IMG/VR virus record: IMGVR_UViG_3300009158_003990
Location: 1 to 58,475 of that record
Strand: one strand, 5' to 3'
DNA: 58,475 bases
Source: a virus
Lineage: Duplodnaviria > Caudoviricetes
This document shows positions 9,282 through 18,192 of the stretch, in pieces. Position 1 is the first letter of the stretch. Every line of letters starts with the position of its first letter. The notes beneath the pieces are model-generated. The model did not search any database. It saw nothing but the letters and a program-made list of their open reading frames with translations, and was not told the origin of the DNA. Both the position numbers and the translations under genes were made by a program.

Positions 9282-9842
9282 ATGTTTTTAAATAAAAACC
9301 AATTGGTTAAAATAAAATTTAAAAGCATTGGGAAAAATGTATTTATTTCCAATAAATGTTCTATATATTCTCCACATTTAATTGAAATTGGAGATAATGT
9401 AAGAATAGATGATTTTAGTATTTTGTCACCAGGAAGCAGCTTGAAAATTGGAAACTATGTACACATAGGATGCTATAGTTCTTTAATTGGAAAAGGTGAA
9501 TTTATATTAGAAGATTTTGTGGGTATTTCTGGAAGAGTATCTTTGTATAGTAGTTCTGATGATTATACTGGAATGTCAATGACAAATGTAATGATTCCAA
9601 ACGATTTTAAAAAAGTTTTAAGTGGAAAAATTCATATTAAAAAACATTCTATTATAGGAACTGGTTCAATATTATTGCCAAATATAACAATAGAAATGGG
9701 TTGTTCAATTTATGCACAAACACTTATACAATATGATTGTGAAGAATTTGGTGTTTATAGTGGAAATCCATCAAAGCTAATAGGAAAAAGATTAAAGGAG
9801 TTTTTAAAATATGAAAAAAGATTTATTGAAAATAATAAATGA
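9282..9842 (+). CDS. vioB: left-handed beta-helix N-acyltransferase, VioB/AntD-like
   Basis: FKSIGKNVFIS...IGDNVRIDDF..., SLIGKG, YSSSDDYTG, KHSIIGTGS.LLP closely follow the VioB/AntD pattern as I recall it. Confidence 0.75.
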   Translation: MFLNKNQLVKIKFKSIGKNVFISNKCSIYSPHLIEIGDNVRIDDFSILSPGSSLKIGNYVHIGCYSSLIGKGEFILEDFVGISGRVSLYSSSDDYTGMSMTNVMIPNDFKKVLSGKIHIKKHSIIGTGSILLPNITIEMGCSIYAQTLIQYDCEEFGVYSGNPSKLIGKRLKEFLKYEKRFIENNK

Positions 9843-10032
9843 AGTATTAAAAGAAAAAGAAATTAAACTATTAGAAATTTATCCAGAAATGAGTTTGAGA
9901 AATGATATTGGTTTTGATTCTCTCAATTTAGCATACTTAACTGTTTTAATTGAAGATAAATATGGAATTGACATTTTTGAAAATGGTGTGATTGATACTA
10001 TATCTGATATATTAAAAAAAATAAATGAATAA
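9811..10032 (+). CDS. acpP: acyl carrier protein
   Basis: 73 aa acidic protein with GFDSL phosphopantetheine motif and IEDKYGIDI. Confidence 0.9.
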   Translation: MKKDLLKIINEVLKEKEIKLLEIYPEMSLRNDIGFDSLNLAYLTVLIEDKYGIDIFENGVIDTISDILKKINE

Positions 10033-10978
10033 CTTTATATTAAACAATACTGATTCAATCATTGACTATGAAATACTAGGGTTTATTGAAAAAATAAAAA
10101 ATAAAGAAGACATTATTTTTACAACTTCTGGAACAACAGGAGAACCAAAAAAAATAATTCATAGCTATAAAACATTAGTTAAAAACATAAAAATTAAAGA
10201 TGAATTAAAAAATAGCGTTTGGGCATTGACATATGACTATACAAAAATGGCTGGATCACAAGTTATATTGCAGTCTTATTTAAACAAAGCAAAAATTGTT
10301 AACTTATTTAAAAAATCTTATGCAGAAACAATAAGTTTAATAAAAAAATATAATGTAACACACATATCTGCTACTCCTACTTTTTATAGATTATTAACAA
10401 ATAACATTTTTAAAAAAATAAAACAAGCAACAATAGGTGGTGAACCAGTAGATATTAATTTAATTAGTTATTTAAAAAAAATATTTCCTAATGCAAAAAT
10501 AACAAACATATACGCATCAACAGAGTTTGGAACATTGTTTAGTTCAAATGATTATTGTTTTACAATATCAGAAAAAAATGAGTCGTTTGTTAAAATAATA
10601 AAAGAAACAATTTTTATAAAAAACAATGATAAATGGTTTAATACAGAAGATAAAATTGAATGGGTAGAATCAAATAAGTTTAAAATAATTGGAAGAGATT
10701 CAAATATGATAAATGTAGGTGGAGTAAAAGTAAATCCAATAAAAATAGAATCTGCAATAAATAATTTACATTATGTTTTAAGCTCTTATGTTTATGGAAA
10801 AAGTAATTCAATAATGGGAACAATAGTAGTTGCAGATATTATTGTTAAAAAAAATGTAGATAAAAATATAATAAAAAAAGACTTAGAAAAAACTTTAAAT
10901 AGATATGAAATTCCTTTAAAAATAAATATAGTTGATAATATACATTTAACCTCTACTGGCAAGATAATAAGAAAATGA
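10025..10978 (+). CDS. ANL-family adenylate-forming enzyme (acyl-CoA/acyl-ACP synthetase), N-terminally compact
   Basis: FTTSGTTGEPK, YASTEFG, IIGR..MINVGG.KVNP, TSTGKI motifs. Confidence 0.85.
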   Translation: MNNFILNNTDSIIDYEILGFIEKIKNKEDIIFTTSGTTGEPKKIIHSYKTLVKNIKIKDELKNSVWALTYDYTKMAGSQVILQSYLNKAKIVNLFKKSYAETISLIKKYNVTHISATPTFYRLLTNNIFKKIKQATIGGEPVDINLISYLKKIFPNAKITNIYASTEFGTLFSSNDYCFTISEKNESFVKIIKETIFIKNNDKWFNTEDKIEWVESNKFKIIGRDSNMINVGGVKVNPIKIESAINNLHYVLSSYVYGKSNSIMGTIVVADIIVKKNVDKNIIKKDLEKTLNRYEIPLKINIVDNIHLTSTGKIIRK

Positions 10979-11697
10979 AAACAATTTTAGTTAGTGGAAT
11001 ATCGAAAGGATTAGGTTTAGTTTTATTGAAATCATTGTTATTGGATAACAATATTGTTTATGGAATAAGCAGAACTACTAATGATGAAATAGATGAATTA
11101 AAAAAAATATATCATAATAATTTTATTCATTTAATGCATGATTTAAGTTTATCTGAGTGTGTTGCAAAATTATCAACTCATATATTAAAAAATAAAATAA
11201 AATTTGATTGTTTTATTAACAATGCAGCGTTTGCATACGATGATATTATAACTAATGCAAGTTTAAGTAAATTAGAATACATGTTTAAAATAAATGTATT
11301 AAATCCAATTATGATTACAAAAATAATGCTTAGAAATTTTATTCTTAATAAAACAAAAGGAAACATAGTTCATATTTCAAGTATAAGTGTTCACACAGGA
11401 TATAAAGGACTGTCAATGTATGCAGCAACAAAAGGTGCTATCGAAGCATTTTCAAAAAATACAGCAAGAGAATGGGGAGAAATTGGAATTAGATCAAATT
11501 GTATTGTTGCTGGATTTATGGAAACAGAAATGAATAATAAATTAACTATTGATAAAAAAGAAAGAATATACAATAGAACATGTTTAAAAAAACAAACAAA
11601 TAAAAATTCAGTAGTTGATACTATTAAATTTTTAATTTCTAAAAATGCAAATTCAATTACTGGTCAAAATTTTTTTGTGGATTGTGGAACAATTTAA
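10975..11697 (+). CDS. fabG: SDR oxidoreductase, 3-oxoacyl-ACP reductase-like
   Basis: SGISKGLG, NNAA, ISS, YAATK (YxxxK), ITGQ..VDCG. Confidence 0.8.
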   Translation: MKTILVSGISKGLGLVLLKSLLLDNNIVYGISRTTNDEIDELKKIYHNNFIHLMHDLSLSECVAKLSTHILKNKIKFDCFINNAAFAYDDIITNASLSKLEYMFKINVLNPIMITKIMLRNFILNKTKGNIVHISSISVHTGYKGLSMYAATKGAIEAFSKNTAREWGEIGIRSNCIVAGFMETEMNNKLTIDKKERIYNRTCLKKQTNKNSVVDTIKFLISKNANSITGQNFFVDCGTI

Positions 11698-11708
11698 AAG
11701 GATTATAC

Positions 11709-12419
11709 ATGATACATGTTTACGGATTATGTTATAGAATACTAGACTATGCTAAAAAAACAGTTGATAGTTTAAGAGAAACTGCTTCTGAAGATTTTAA
11801 TTTAACATGTGTTGAAGGAAGATCATGCAACTCAGAATCTTTTTTAAGTTGGGGTAAACAATGTTTGGAAAATAAAAAAATTCAAAGATTTATAACATCA
11901 AGCACAAATTGTCGTGGGTATGGATTAAGTTGGGCTATTAAAAATTTTAAACCAGATGATTCAGAAGATTTTTTTATATTAACGGATTTAGATGTTTTAG
12001 TTCCAAAAAATATAGATTGGATAAAAGAAGTAAGGGAAACAATGAAAAACAATGTTATATCTGGATTTACTTTAAATAACAAGAATTATGTTTATCCAAA
12101 TTCTAAATGGAACGAAAACGAAAACATTTCAAAAAAATTATTTAGCTTAATAATTATGTCTGTTAAAACAAAAGAATACTTTAAAGTTTATGAAAAAAAA
12201 TTAGTTAATTTAATAGATTCAGATATTATTTCAAATATGTCTAATTATGGAAAAAGAGATTTAATTGATTCTAAGTTATATCATCTTGGATGGGATGCAT
12301 GGAAAGACGATAAGGAATATTGGGAAAATAAAAAAAATAAAAATAACTGGAACTTAAAAAAAGACTATGATGATACAGATGAAGAGCCAATATTTAAGGT
12401 ATACACAAATGACAACTAA
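11709..12419 (+). CDS. GT-A fold glycosyltransferase-like protein
   Basis: FILTDLDV DxD motif; YHLGW. Confidence 0.55.
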   Translation: MIHVYGLCYRILDYAKKTVDSLRETASEDFNLTCVEGRSCNSESFLSWGKQCLENKKIQRFITSSTNCRGYGLSWAIKNFKPDDSEDFFILTDLDVLVPKNIDWIKEVRETMKNNVISGFTLNNKNYVYPNSKWNENENISKKLFSLIIMSVKTKEYFKVYEKKLVNLIDSDIISNMSNYGKRDLIDSKLYHLGWDAWKDDKEYWENKKNKNNWNLKKDYDDTDEEPIFKVYTNDN

Positions 12420-13023
12420 AGAATCGTTGGATCTTGTAAAAAAAATAACTCAAAAAATACCAAGCTTTCATCATCACTACCATGTTCTTTATGACATATC
12501 AAATCTTATTAAAAAAGAAAATATTAATTATGTTGAAATAGGTGCGTATGCTGGAGCATCAGCAGCATTAATGCTTCATAATCCAAAAGTAAATGTTATT
12601 TCTATAGACATTGGAGATCCAATAAGACAAGAAGATGTACACAACAACATTTCTATTTTTTTTGATTGTAATAATAAAAAAAGATTTGATTATATAGAAG
12701 GAAGTTCTCATGCAGAAGAAACAAAAATTGAACTTTTAAATAAAATTAAAGAAATAGATATTCTTTTTATTGATGGAGATCACCCTTATAATTCAGTTAT
12801 AAAAGATTTTGAAATTTATTCTTGTTTAGTAAATAAAAATGGGTATATAGTTTTTGATGATTATCATTGCAATACATGCACTGAAGTAAAACCAGCCGTA
12901 AATTTTATAGTTTCAAATTTAAAAAAAGATGAATTTGAAGTTATAGGTAGTTTGCCAAACACATTTAATGCTTTTCCAGAAAGTTTTAAATCAAGCAATT
13001 GTTTTGTGTTAAGAAAAAAATAA
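12409..13023 (+). CDS. class I SAM methyltransferase (Methyltransf_24-like)
   Basis: VEIGAYAGAS, ILFIDGDH.Y..V..D, GYIVFDDY. Confidence 0.85.
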   Translation: MTTKESLDLVKKITQKIPSFHHHYHVLYDISNLIKKENINYVEIGAYAGASAALMLHNPKVNVISIDIGDPIRQEDVHNNISIFFDCNNKKRFDYIEGSSHAEETKIELLNKIKEIDILFIDGDHPYNSVIKDFEIYSCLVNKNGYIVFDDYHCNTCTEVKPAVNFIVSNLKKDEFEVIGSLPNTFNAFPESFKSSNCFVLRKK

Positions 13024-13050
13024 TTGATCTAGGAAATTAATGGGGAAATA

Positions 13051-13332
13051 ATGCAATATCTCTATGAGATTTGGTTAAAGATACATGATGAAAAAAGCAA
13101 ATATAAAGCATCTATAAATCTTAATGGAAGTTGTTGTATAGCTTTATGTGCTTCTTCAAATAAAGAAGCTATTGAAATTTTAGAAAACACATTTCTTTGT
13201 TGCGATACAAGACCTATTAAAAATAAAAGAAAAATAAAAGATTCGAGGTTGAAAGATGGTTGTTCTAAGTATATATTTCTCTTGCGTAAAGAAAGTATGA
13301 ATAGCTATAAACGAGATTGTGGTCATAAGTAA
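13051..13332 (+). CDS. hypothetical protein
   Basis: 93 aa ORF with GGGG RBS-like site. Confidence 0.45.
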   Translation: MQYLYEIWLKIHDEKSKYKASINLNGSCCIALCASSNKEAIEILENTFLCCDTRPIKNKRKIKDSRLKDGCSKYIFLLRKESMNSYKRDCGHK

Positions 13333-13620
13333 CTGGGTTATCAAATTCAATAACGGTTCTTTCCCAGTTCTTTCCCCGAAGCAACCACAACACCAGAACA
13401 CAGGTTCAAAGACTGCCATAGAGTAGCCAAACTCTTAACAGGTGGCACGAAAAGTTTAATTAAGAATCAACACTAAGATCGGAGTGACCCCTTCTCCGCT
13501 TAGACCTGATAGAGCAAAGCACAAAAATTCTTAATTGATGTCTTGTTTGGTAGAGTTTATAGCACACCGAAGGTAAACAAAGAACTCTGATGCTATGCTA
13601 TCAGGGTAAAGAAGGGGTAT
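13331..13620 (+). ncRNA. putative structured RNA / cis-regulatory leader
   Basis: Longest non-coding stretch in the window, with at least seven complementary segment pairs (see findings); family unassigned, strand assumed. Confidence 0.4.
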
Positions 13621-13625
13621 TTGTA

Positions 13626-13976
13626 ATGAGATTTAAAGCCGATATTGACCTTAAAAAATGGGGCAGTGAGGAAACAATCAAAGACCCATTAAGAGAAATA
13701 ATTTTGAAAATATTAAAAATGGATATTTTAAAAAAAACAAGCTGGCACTACCATTCTCAAAAAGAGTCTTATTTTTATATATTTTCTGGAGAGGTATCAA
13801 TACACATATCTGATGGCGATGACTTAAATTTGGCTCATATAGAGCTTCTAAAGCAAGGTGATTGTTTTTTTGTAGGTGCTAATAAAAGACACATGATAAC
13901 AGCTATGAAAGAAAGTGTATTACTTGAATCATCAAATTACGATGATCCAGTAGACAAAACTATAGTTCATTACTAG
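13626..13976 (+). CDS. cupin domain protein (mannose-6-P isomerase-like)
   Basis: KKWGSE, TSWHYH..KESYFYI.SG, GD.F.V....H.I.A....LLESS. Confidence 0.75.
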   Translation: MRFKADIDLKKWGSEETIKDPLREIILKILKMDILKKTSWHYHSQKESYFYIFSGEVSIHISDGDDLNLAHIELLKQGDCFFVGANKRHMITAMKESVLLESSNYDDPVDKTIVHY

Positions 13977-14238
13977 CAATATCACAAAAAATTTGAATAA
14001 CATTCTTTTCTATAAATCCACATGCGTTTAAACAATTTAAATTTTTACCAATCATCAATGTTATTTCTATAAACTCAGACTCAGATATATAACCAATACA
14101 ATAAGATTTTAATATTATTTTTTTAAAAAGTAAAAAGTCTTCTTTTGAAAAAATTACTGTATTAGAGTTGAGCAAATCAATTTTGTCTTTAAAATAAATC
14201 TTGAGTTTTCTTTTGCTTTCGCTTATTCTGTTTTTCAT
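13960..14238 (-). CDS. hypothetical protein
   Basis: Only sizeable ORF in the gap, divergent from GNAT gene. Confidence 0.45.
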   Translation of the reverse strand: MKNRISESKRKLKIYFKDKIDLLNSNTVIFSKEDFLLFKKIILKSYCIGYISESEFIEITLMIGKNLNCLNACGFIEKNVIQIFCDIASNEL

Positions 14239-14249
14239 GTTTCTATCTT

Positions 14250-14744
14250 ATGAGGTATGTTATGTCAAAAAAAACTAAGATTGATCCTACAATAAAACTT
14301 TTAATAAAAAGAAATCTTATAGAGGTTGTTGATATAGATAAAGCTTCTAGCTATATAAATGACCCCGATTTTGGATTAATCGAAAACGAATCTTCTTGGG
14401 ATTCATCTTCTTTTACAAGTTTTGTCAGAAAAAAGAACACATTCTCGTATGTTATTTATGAAAAAACTAAAATTGTTGGTTTTTTATTGATCGAATCTGA
14501 TCCAGATAGCACAAAAATTGAAAAACTAACGGTTCATCCTAAATATAGAAGAATGACTTTTGGTTCATTGCTATTAAATCACTTAATACAAAAGGCATTT
14601 AGTTCAAAAATAGTTGTTTATTGCAAAGAAAACGATAGTGACAGTATAGCTTTTTATAAAAACAAAAAATTTAAATCAAATCTTGTTAAGTCTCACTTTG
14701 GGAAAGATATAGATGCTGTAAGGTTTTCACTGGAGATAAAATGA
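14250..14744 (+). CDS. GNAT-family acetyltransferase (RimI-like)
   Basis: IVGFL, LTVHPKYRRMTFGS.LL, N..SIAFY...KF. Confidence 0.8.
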   Translation: MRYVMSKKTKIDPTIKLLIKRNLIEVVDIDKASSYINDPDFGLIENESSWDSSSFTSFVRKKNTFSYVIYEKTKIVGFLLIESDPDSTKIEKLTVHPKYRRMTFGSLLLNHLIQKAFSSKIVVYCKENDSDSIAFYKNKKFKSNLVKSHFGKDIDAVRFSLEIK

Positions 14745-14917
14745 AAGATAAAAATAAGCAATCTGTTAGTTGTCTTGGTTTTTGTGGTAAAAATTTTATG
14801 AGTATAGATCCTAAAACAAATAGAATTTGTAAAAAATGCAAAGAAAAGATGTATAATAAAAAGAACGAAATGGGCAAAAATTACTTTAATGAAAAAAAAA
14901 CAGAGATAAATGAATAA
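14741..14917 (+). CDS. small zinc-finger protein (not in ORF track)
   Basis: MKDKNKQSVSCLGFCGKNFMSIDPKTNRICKKCKEK...; ATGA overlap with upstream gene and overlap with downstream gene. Confidence 0.6.
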   Translation: MKDKNKQSVSCLGFCGKNFMSIDPKTNRICKKCKEKMYNKKNEMGKNYFNEKKTEINE

Positions 14918-15953
14918 ACCAAAAGTTGCACTTATAACACCATCATTAGGTATGGGTGGTGCAGAAAGATGGATAGTTACTCTTGCAAAATTCTTCAAAA
15001 GATTAGAACCTTATTTAATTTTAAATTTAAGTGGTCAAAGCGATTCAATTTTATTAGAAGAAGTTCCAAGCAAAACAAAAATTATATCTGGTCTTTATTT
15101 AAGTTCAGATAAAATCATAAATATTTTAAGCGAAGCAGATGCAATTATTTCTTGGTGTTTTAATTTAGACTTAAGATTAAAGGATAAATTAAAATGTCCA
15201 ACAATAGATGTTTCTCATAGTGACCCAACATGGGAAAACCACAAATCTTTGATTGATTACACATCAAAAAATTCAAAGTATCATGTTGGAGTAAGTAGGG
15301 TTGCTGCTTCAGCATATAAAAATAACAATTCAGATGTAATTTATAACGGAATAGATACAAAAAGACTTAAGGAAGTAAGAGGAAGAATTAAACAAAGAGA
15401 AGAATGGGATTGTGAAAATAACAAAGTAGTTATTTTTTTAAGCAGATTGTCAGAAGAAAAAAATCCTAAAATATTGCTAGATTGTTCTGATTTGTTTGAT
15501 GAAAGTTGGAAGTTTTTATTTGTTAATACTGGCTCTATAAAAAATTATTTTAATTCAATTAAAAAAAACAATATCAAAATTATAGAAAAAACAAAATATG
15601 TTGGAGATTATTATTCTGGTGCAGATGTAGTAGTTCTTCCTTCAGACATAGAAGGAATGCCATTAGTTTTATTAGAGTCTTGGTTTTGTGGTGTTCCTGT
15701 TGTAACGACTAGGTATGATTCTTATGTTGAATTAGAAAATATGCATGGGGAATTATGTTTGTCAACAGAAGTAAGACCAACAGCACTTGAATTTTCAAAT
15801 AAAATAAACCAAGCTTTTTATGAGGGCAGATGTTCTAAAAGAGTTATTCTTGCCAAAGATGTTGTGGAAAAAAATTATACTCATGAAACAATGATTAAAA
15901 ATTGGGAAGATTATGTGTTTTTAAAAATGAAAGAATGTAATGATACGCAATAA
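14910..15953 (+). CDS. GT4 glycosyltransferase
   Basis: GGAERW, VIYNGID, SRLSEEKN, PSDIEGMPLVLLESWFCGVPVV. Confidence 0.9.
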   Translation: MNKPKVALITPSLGMGGAERWIVTLAKFFKRLEPYLILNLSGQSDSILLEEVPSKTKIISGLYLSSDKIINILSEADAIISWCFNLDLRLKDKLKCPTIDVSHSDPTWENHKSLIDYTSKNSKYHVGVSRVAASAYKNNNSDVIYNGIDTKRLKEVRGRIKQREEWDCENNKVVIFLSRLSEEKNPKILLDCSDLFDESWKFLFVNTGSIKNYFNSIKKNNIKIIEKTKYVGDYYSGADVVVLPSDIEGMPLVLLESWFCGVPVVTTRYDSYVELENMHGELCLSTEVRPTALEFSNKINQAFYEGRCSKRVILAKDVVEKNYTHETMIKNWEDYVFLKMKECNDTQ

Positions 15954-16551
15954 CAAAAAAAAATGGATATATATAGGACCACCAAAAACTGGAAGCACAG
16001 CAGTATCTTATATACTGACAGATGGAAAATACAAAAAAAATTATATTGCCGAAAGTTTAAGTATTAATTTTGAAGGAAAAGAAATAAATGGTCAACATAC
16101 ACCTTGGCCTCCTAAAAAATTAAAAACTAAATACAACAATCATACAGTTTTTATAAGTGTAAGAAATCCTTTTTCTAGAATAGTTTCCCTTTATAATCAT
16201 TGGAAAAATGGAAAAAATTATGGTCGTGAATTATTATCAAAAGATAAAACGCTTGAAGAATTTATATATCTTGTTTTAAAAAAATCTCTTTCTAATAATG
16301 GATTTTTTCACACCACAATAACAGATTGGGTTTATAGATATGATTATTTTATAAAACAAGAAAATTTATACAATGATTTAAAAATGCTGAATATTCACTC
16401 TAATGATTTTATTATTCCTTTAATAAACGGAAAAATAAATTCGACAGATTACTGGAAAGAAGTACATAATAAAAAAACAATTGAGATGACAATTGAATGG
16501 GCAGAAAAAGATTTTTGTAATTTTGGATACAGTAAGGACATTAATGCTTAA
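15940..16551 (+). CDS. sulfotransferase family 2 protein
   Basis: 5'-PSB PPKTGSTAV and 3'-PB VRNPFSRIVSLY; DF..FGY. Confidence 0.8.
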   Translation: MIRNNKKKWIYIGPPKTGSTAVSYILTDGKYKKNYIAESLSINFEGKEINGQHTPWPPKKLKTKYNNHTVFISVRNPFSRIVSLYNHWKNGKNYGRELLSKDKTLEEFIYLVLKKSLSNNGFFHTTITDWVYRYDYFIKQENLYNDLKMLNIHSNDFIIPLINGKINSTDYWKEVHNKKTIEMTIEWAEKDFCNFGYSKDINA

Positions 16552-17260
16552 TTATTTTTTTGGATTTTTTGGTTCTGATCGTTCTGGTAAATGGTGGACT
16601 CTTCGTTGTCAGCACATTAAAGATAATCCATCATGCATAGGTTGTGGCACAAAAAAAGATGTACAAGTTCATCATAAAATACCAGTTAGTGTTGATGTAT
16701 CTAAAGAGTTGTGCAGAGATAACTTATGTACTCTTTGCAAATATTGCCATTTTGTTTTTGGGCATTTGCACAATTACAAAAATTATAATCCAGAAGTAAT
16801 TAGGGATTGCCAAGAGCATTACAAAAGAGTAAAACAATTTAAAGTTAAAACTTTTCAACGACCTATTTCTTTATGGAGGACTATTATGACTAAGTTTTTT
16901 GGTTCTATTGCTTTGGTTTTTTTGGGCTATTCAATTTATGTTAGCCATATGTATGTAGTAGAAACTAACAAAAATACAACAATTAAAGAGCTTTTTGCTG
17001 CTGAAAATAGAATCTTGAAAGATGAAATTTACGCAGAGCGAAGCAAGCCAACTTATGAAAATGGCTATAGAGATGCTATTTTAAGGGCTGGTTCACCAAG
17101 TGGTTCTGGTGCATATCGTGATGGTTGGGAATCTTGTGCAAAGCTTTATACAGATGGCTCATGGACAAGCGGATATCATACAGCACTAGAACAATTCGGG
17201 TGGAAGAATGAGTCTACAGCATTCAAAACCAATAAACCTCAAAGCGTATCTATGAAATAA
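16544..17260 (+). CDS. HNH endonuclease in frame with a membrane-anchored domain
   Basis: CIGC, VHHKIP, NLCTLCKYCH HNH domain; internal GGAGGA RBS + ATG at 16886 begins a hydrophobic segment. Confidence 0.7.
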   Translation: MLNYFFGFFGSDRSGKWWTLRCQHIKDNPSCIGCGTKKDVQVHHKIPVSVDVSKELCRDNLCTLCKYCHFVFGHLHNYKNYNPEVIRDCQEHYKRVKQFKVKTFQRPISLWRTIMTKFFGSIALVFLGYSIYVSHMYVVETNKNTTIKELFAAENRILKDEIYAERSKPTYENGYRDAILRAGSPSGSGAYRDGWESCAKLYTDGSWTSGYHTALEQFGWKNESTAFKTNKPQSVSMK

Positions 17261-17272
17261 TTTTTTGTCTTT

Positions 17273-17305
17273 TTGCCCTCATACTGTGTATTAGTATGGG
17301 GGCAA
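17273..17305 (+). promoter_or_regulatory. RBS-sequestering hairpin with GTGTATT loop
   Basis: TTGCCCTCATACT-GTGTATT-AGTATGGGGGCAA 13-bp stem (one G-U), ending 1 nt before ATG 17307. Confidence 0.65.
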
Positions 17306-17306
17306 C

Positions 17307-17681
17307 ATGAAAAAAAAGTCACATAACAATACGACAGTTGGAAAAATATCTGGAAGATATTGGTGTTCTTTAATAAAGAATGCAAAAAGAAGAAATATAA
17401 AAATAACAGTAACAATGCAAGATGCTTGGGAAATTTTTTTAAAACAAAATAAAAAATGTTTTTATACTGGATTAAAAATAACGCATACAAAATATTTAAA
17501 AAGAATTAATAATAAAAATGTATACTCTTTAGGGACCGCTTCAATAGATAGAAAAAATAGCGAACTTGGATATACCAAAGAAAATATACAATGGGTTCAT
17601 AAAGATGTTAACTACATGAAAATGAATTTAAACGAAAAATATTTTATAAAACTTTGTAAGCTTATATCTAAAAGATTCTAA
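17307..17681 (+). CDS. HNH-type (homing-like) endonuclease
   Basis: Q..KCFYTG, ASIDRKNSELGYTKENIQWVHKDVNYMK. Confidence 0.75.
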   Translation: MKKKSHNNTTVGKISGRYWCSLIKNAKRRNIKITVTMQDAWEIFLKQNKKCFYTGLKITHTKYLKRINNKNVYSLGTASIDRKNSELGYTKENIQWVHKDVNYMKMNLNEKYFIKLCKLISKRF

Positions 17682-17696
17682 TAGAAGAGTACTTAA

Positions 17697-18191
17697 ATGA
17701 AAATAATTCTAAACAATAATGATTTGTTGAAAAAAAAATGTTTAAATGTAGATTTAAAAACAGGATTTAAAGTTGCCAAAAGAATGGGTATGTTTTTAAA
17801 CACATTAAAGAAAAAAACAAATAATAAAATAGTTGGTTTGGCAGCAAATCAAATTGGCATAAATGCATGTGTATGTATAGCGTTAAAAAACAGTAAGCCT
17901 TTTGTTTTAATAAATCCAAAAATAATTTCTTTTTCTAATGTAAGAATTAGAAATAAAGAGCAGTGTTTAAGTTATCCAGATGTAGAGCTAGATGTATACA
18001 GACATATGTGGATTGAAGTTTCTTGTTCTAATCATAAAGAAACAATTTTCTTTGGAAATGTTTCACTTGAAAGTGATACTATTAAAAATCTTGAGAGTGC
18101 TGTTGCTCAACATGAAATATGTCATTTAAACGGATTGACTTTTCATGATTTTCAATGGAACAATGCCCCAACACCAACGGAGTGGAACTAA
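17697..18191 (+). CDS. def: peptide deformylase
   Basis: GLAANQIG, EQCLS, QHEICHLNG motifs. Confidence 0.92.
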   Translation: MKIILNNNDLLKKKCLNVDLKTGFKVAKRMGMFLNTLKKKTNNKIVGLAANQIGINACVCIALKNSKPFVLINPKIISFSNVRIRNKEQCLSYPDVELDVYRHMWIEVSCSNHKETIFFGNVSLESDTIKNLESAVAQHEICHLNGLTFHDFQWNNAPTPTEWN

Positions 18192-18192
18192 T

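Noticed and set aside
13180-13419. Minus-strand 79 aa ORF explaining the structured gap
   Set aside because: Overlaps the plus-strand ORF, has no clear RBS and leaves most of the paired segments unexplained
13370-13420. Cobalamin riboswitch or group I intron core (AGACTGCC, GTTCAAAGACT resemblance)
   Set aside because: Partner elements (B12 box, P7 complement) were not found; the resemblance is only 7-10 nt
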